Shown here: positions 61,412-64,000 of the stretch, piece by piece
Numbering within the stretch: the stretch's first letter is position 1
Layout: each line of letters begins with the position of its first letter
Origin: Sporopachydermia quercuum
Taxonomy: Eukaryota
Direction of reading: 5' to 3'
Length of the DNA stretch: 64,000 nt
Assembly: GCA_001599295.1 (NCBI GenBank)
Contig: BCGN01000004.1
Location: 1,551,676 to 1,615,675, forward strand
The notes under the pieces: model-generated
Databases searched by the model: none
What the model was told of the DNA's origin: nothing
What the model saw: the letters and a program-made list of their open reading frames with translations, nothing else
Program-made: the position numbers and the translations under genes

Positions 61412-61720
61412 CCAGATGAGAAGGTTTGGGAGAGACACGGGGGTCATTCTCGTGACAGTGAATGTGAAGTATAACAGAAAAAAAGGAATAGGAGATAGAA
61501 ACATATATGATTGATGGCATCTTGCTCTACTGTTACCGATTGATCTGCTGTGTTATTAATTGATTTGCTACGTGGGAACTATTGTATATTATCACTGAAG
61601 ATCTGTTTGTCTGTTGATGTTCTAACCGCTAAGTGAAATAGAATTGTTGAGCTCAGAAAAATAATTGGGGGAGCGCAATAGAAAGTGTAACATATTGAGA
61701 TTGTGCAAAAAAAAAATATA

Positions 61721-62351
61721 ATGCCTAAGATAAGTATTTTATTTGATAATGATTGATTTATATTAGATGGTTGAATTACGTGGAAAACAAAAATTTATCT
61801 GTAACATTGGTATTAACATATTGGTTGCTTTACTATTTCTGCGATTACTGTCAAGTGTTTCTCACACACGATTCGAGAAGTGTCAGGAAAGCTCATAGTA
61901 TTGGGAAGAACCATGTGAAACTAGTGAGTGATTATTATGAAGGTACGTTTGAATGTTATTAAATGTGGGATTTACAATGTAGAATATTTTAATAGAGTAA
62001 TGCATACTAACTTTTATTGCAGCGCGAGCTAAAGAATTGGGTTTACTACAGAGTTCTGTTATTTTCCAGGCGGGAGAAGATCAAGATATCTCGGTACAGA
62101 AGTATAATTTGGGCGCACCTGGCCTCTCAACAGGACATAAGAAGATACACAGAGGAAAATTCAATCGAAATAACAAGTTTGCGCCAAAAGAACAAGAAAA
62201 ACCGGATGATCCTTATGAGCTTCTGAAAACTAGAGTTCTTCCTCCTCCCCCTCCATTGGTTGTTGGAGGAACTTCAATCCCATTACCTACACCACAGTAT
62301 GCATACGTTCCACCAGTGATCGAGTTGAAGAATGTCAAATATCCTGAGTAG
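61721..62351 (+). CDS. YHC1: U1 snRNP protein C (U1-C), ~148 aa, three exons
   Basis: Exon 1 61721-61729 (MPK); exon 2 61834-61942 ([36 protein letters not shown], the U1-C zinc finger); exon 3 62023-62351 (Pro-rich LPPPPPL tail). Intron 2, 61943-62022, is GTACGT..TACTAAC..CAG. Intron 1 is AT-AC. Confidence 0.9.
61730..61833 (+). other. Non-canonical AT-AC intron (U2-type signals) in YHC1
   Basis: AAG|ATAAGTATTT ... TATTAAC (61811-61817) ATATTGGTTGCTTTAC|TATTTCTGC; removal gives exactly MPK-YFCDYC. Confidence 0.75.
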
Positions 62352-63183
62352 TCGAACCGGATATTAAAGAAAAAACCACAGTTAATACGGAACTTAAACA
62401 ATCAAGAGATCTAATACCAAGAATAGCTAGAAGGAACCAGAACTATGGCACCATAGGTTCTTTGATCACAAGAAACTGAATTCTCAATTCCATTTCAGCT
62501 GAGACTTGGCAAAAGGCATACAACAATCTTTGAAATCTCAATGCCTCAAACCGACATGGATTATCTACAATTCCTGTGATCTTCGGTGTAGCAGATCCCC
62601 TACCTCCTCTTGTCCTATATCAGGGCGGCGATCTACTTGGGAAGCATCACATCTCATTCTATGAGAAATTTGACCTGCGATTACATCATCACTATTTACA
62701 TACCACTTAAAACGGTAGATGTTGCCGGGTAACAGATACTTCAATTACATAATCGAACTGTGTAGAAGCCATAGCTAAAACATTGGGAACACACATTATG
62801 AAAGAATTTTTCTTACTGTTTACATGTAGAAAACATAAATGTATAGTAAATCACAACACCCATTAGAGAATTTCACAAATGGATTGCTTGTCCCTTTTTT
62901 CTTCTTACATTTTCATAGAGATGATATAAATATATAAAGGAATACTCAAATACGATCTGTTATTTTAGTAGTAATATATTATAAATCAACGTTGGTTAAT
63001 CTGAAGAACTTAGACTGGGGCAATTTCGCTGGACAAAGTTTGGTTTTGTAAGATATTTATTGTTGTAGAATAGCTTAGTGTTAGATCAATATACAGTGAT
63101 ATATTAGCACCGAACTAGGTTTAACGTCATATCGAGTGATTTGAACAAAGTACACATATTAAACAATAATATACATATACAAA

Positions 63184-64000
<817 letters not shown>

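Noticed and set aside
61734..61766. Short GT-AG intron GTATTT...ATTAG in YHC1
   Set aside because: Only 33 nt with no good branch point, and splicing gives an immediate stop (ATA AAT GGT TGA).
61730..61833. YHC1 intron 1 as a U12 (minor spliceosome) intron
   Set aside because: The donor is ATAAGT, not ATATCCTT, and the branch point is TATTAAC, not TCCTTAAC; the signals are U2-like.

Overview
Gene-dense, AT-rich fungal nuclear DNA from a moderately intron-rich budding yeast (Saccharomycotina). Introns mostly have GTAWGT-type donors and (T/A/G)CTAAC branch points. CTG falls at conserved Leu positions (MSN5 F-L-E, MDM10 T-L-E-A-M), so the code appears standard rather than CUG-Ser. About 23 housekeeping genes are recognisable: an Xdj1-like DnaJ, MDM10, a CreC-like WD40, RRD1, NUP192, NSP1, GPM1, PUF6, a Crp1-like Cu-ATPase, APC11, VPS3, CFT1, GPI11, a WDR44-like WD40, AIM24, IPK1, HTD2, RPF1, MSN5, an ADIP-family coiled coil, ATP14, YHC1 (U1-C) and GSP1 (Ran). 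The ORF track misses or fragments several of them because of introns. The standout observation is in YHC1: the canonical U1-C N-terminus (MPK-YFCDYC) is only obtained by removing a 104-nt AT-AC intron (ATAAGT...TATTAAC...TTTAC, 61730-61833) that has major-spliceosome (U2-type) signals. This puts a non-canonical 5' splice site in the gene for the U1 snRNP protein that helps read 5' splice sites, a candidate splicing-fidelity autoregulatory loop. Other notable items are an intron that splits the DnaJ start codon (A|TG), likely 5' leader introns, a 27-bp perfect palindrome and gene neighbourhoods shared with S. cerevisiae. No tRNA, rRNA, transposon or CRISPR was recognised. All gene calls come from motif recognition by eye, not database searches.
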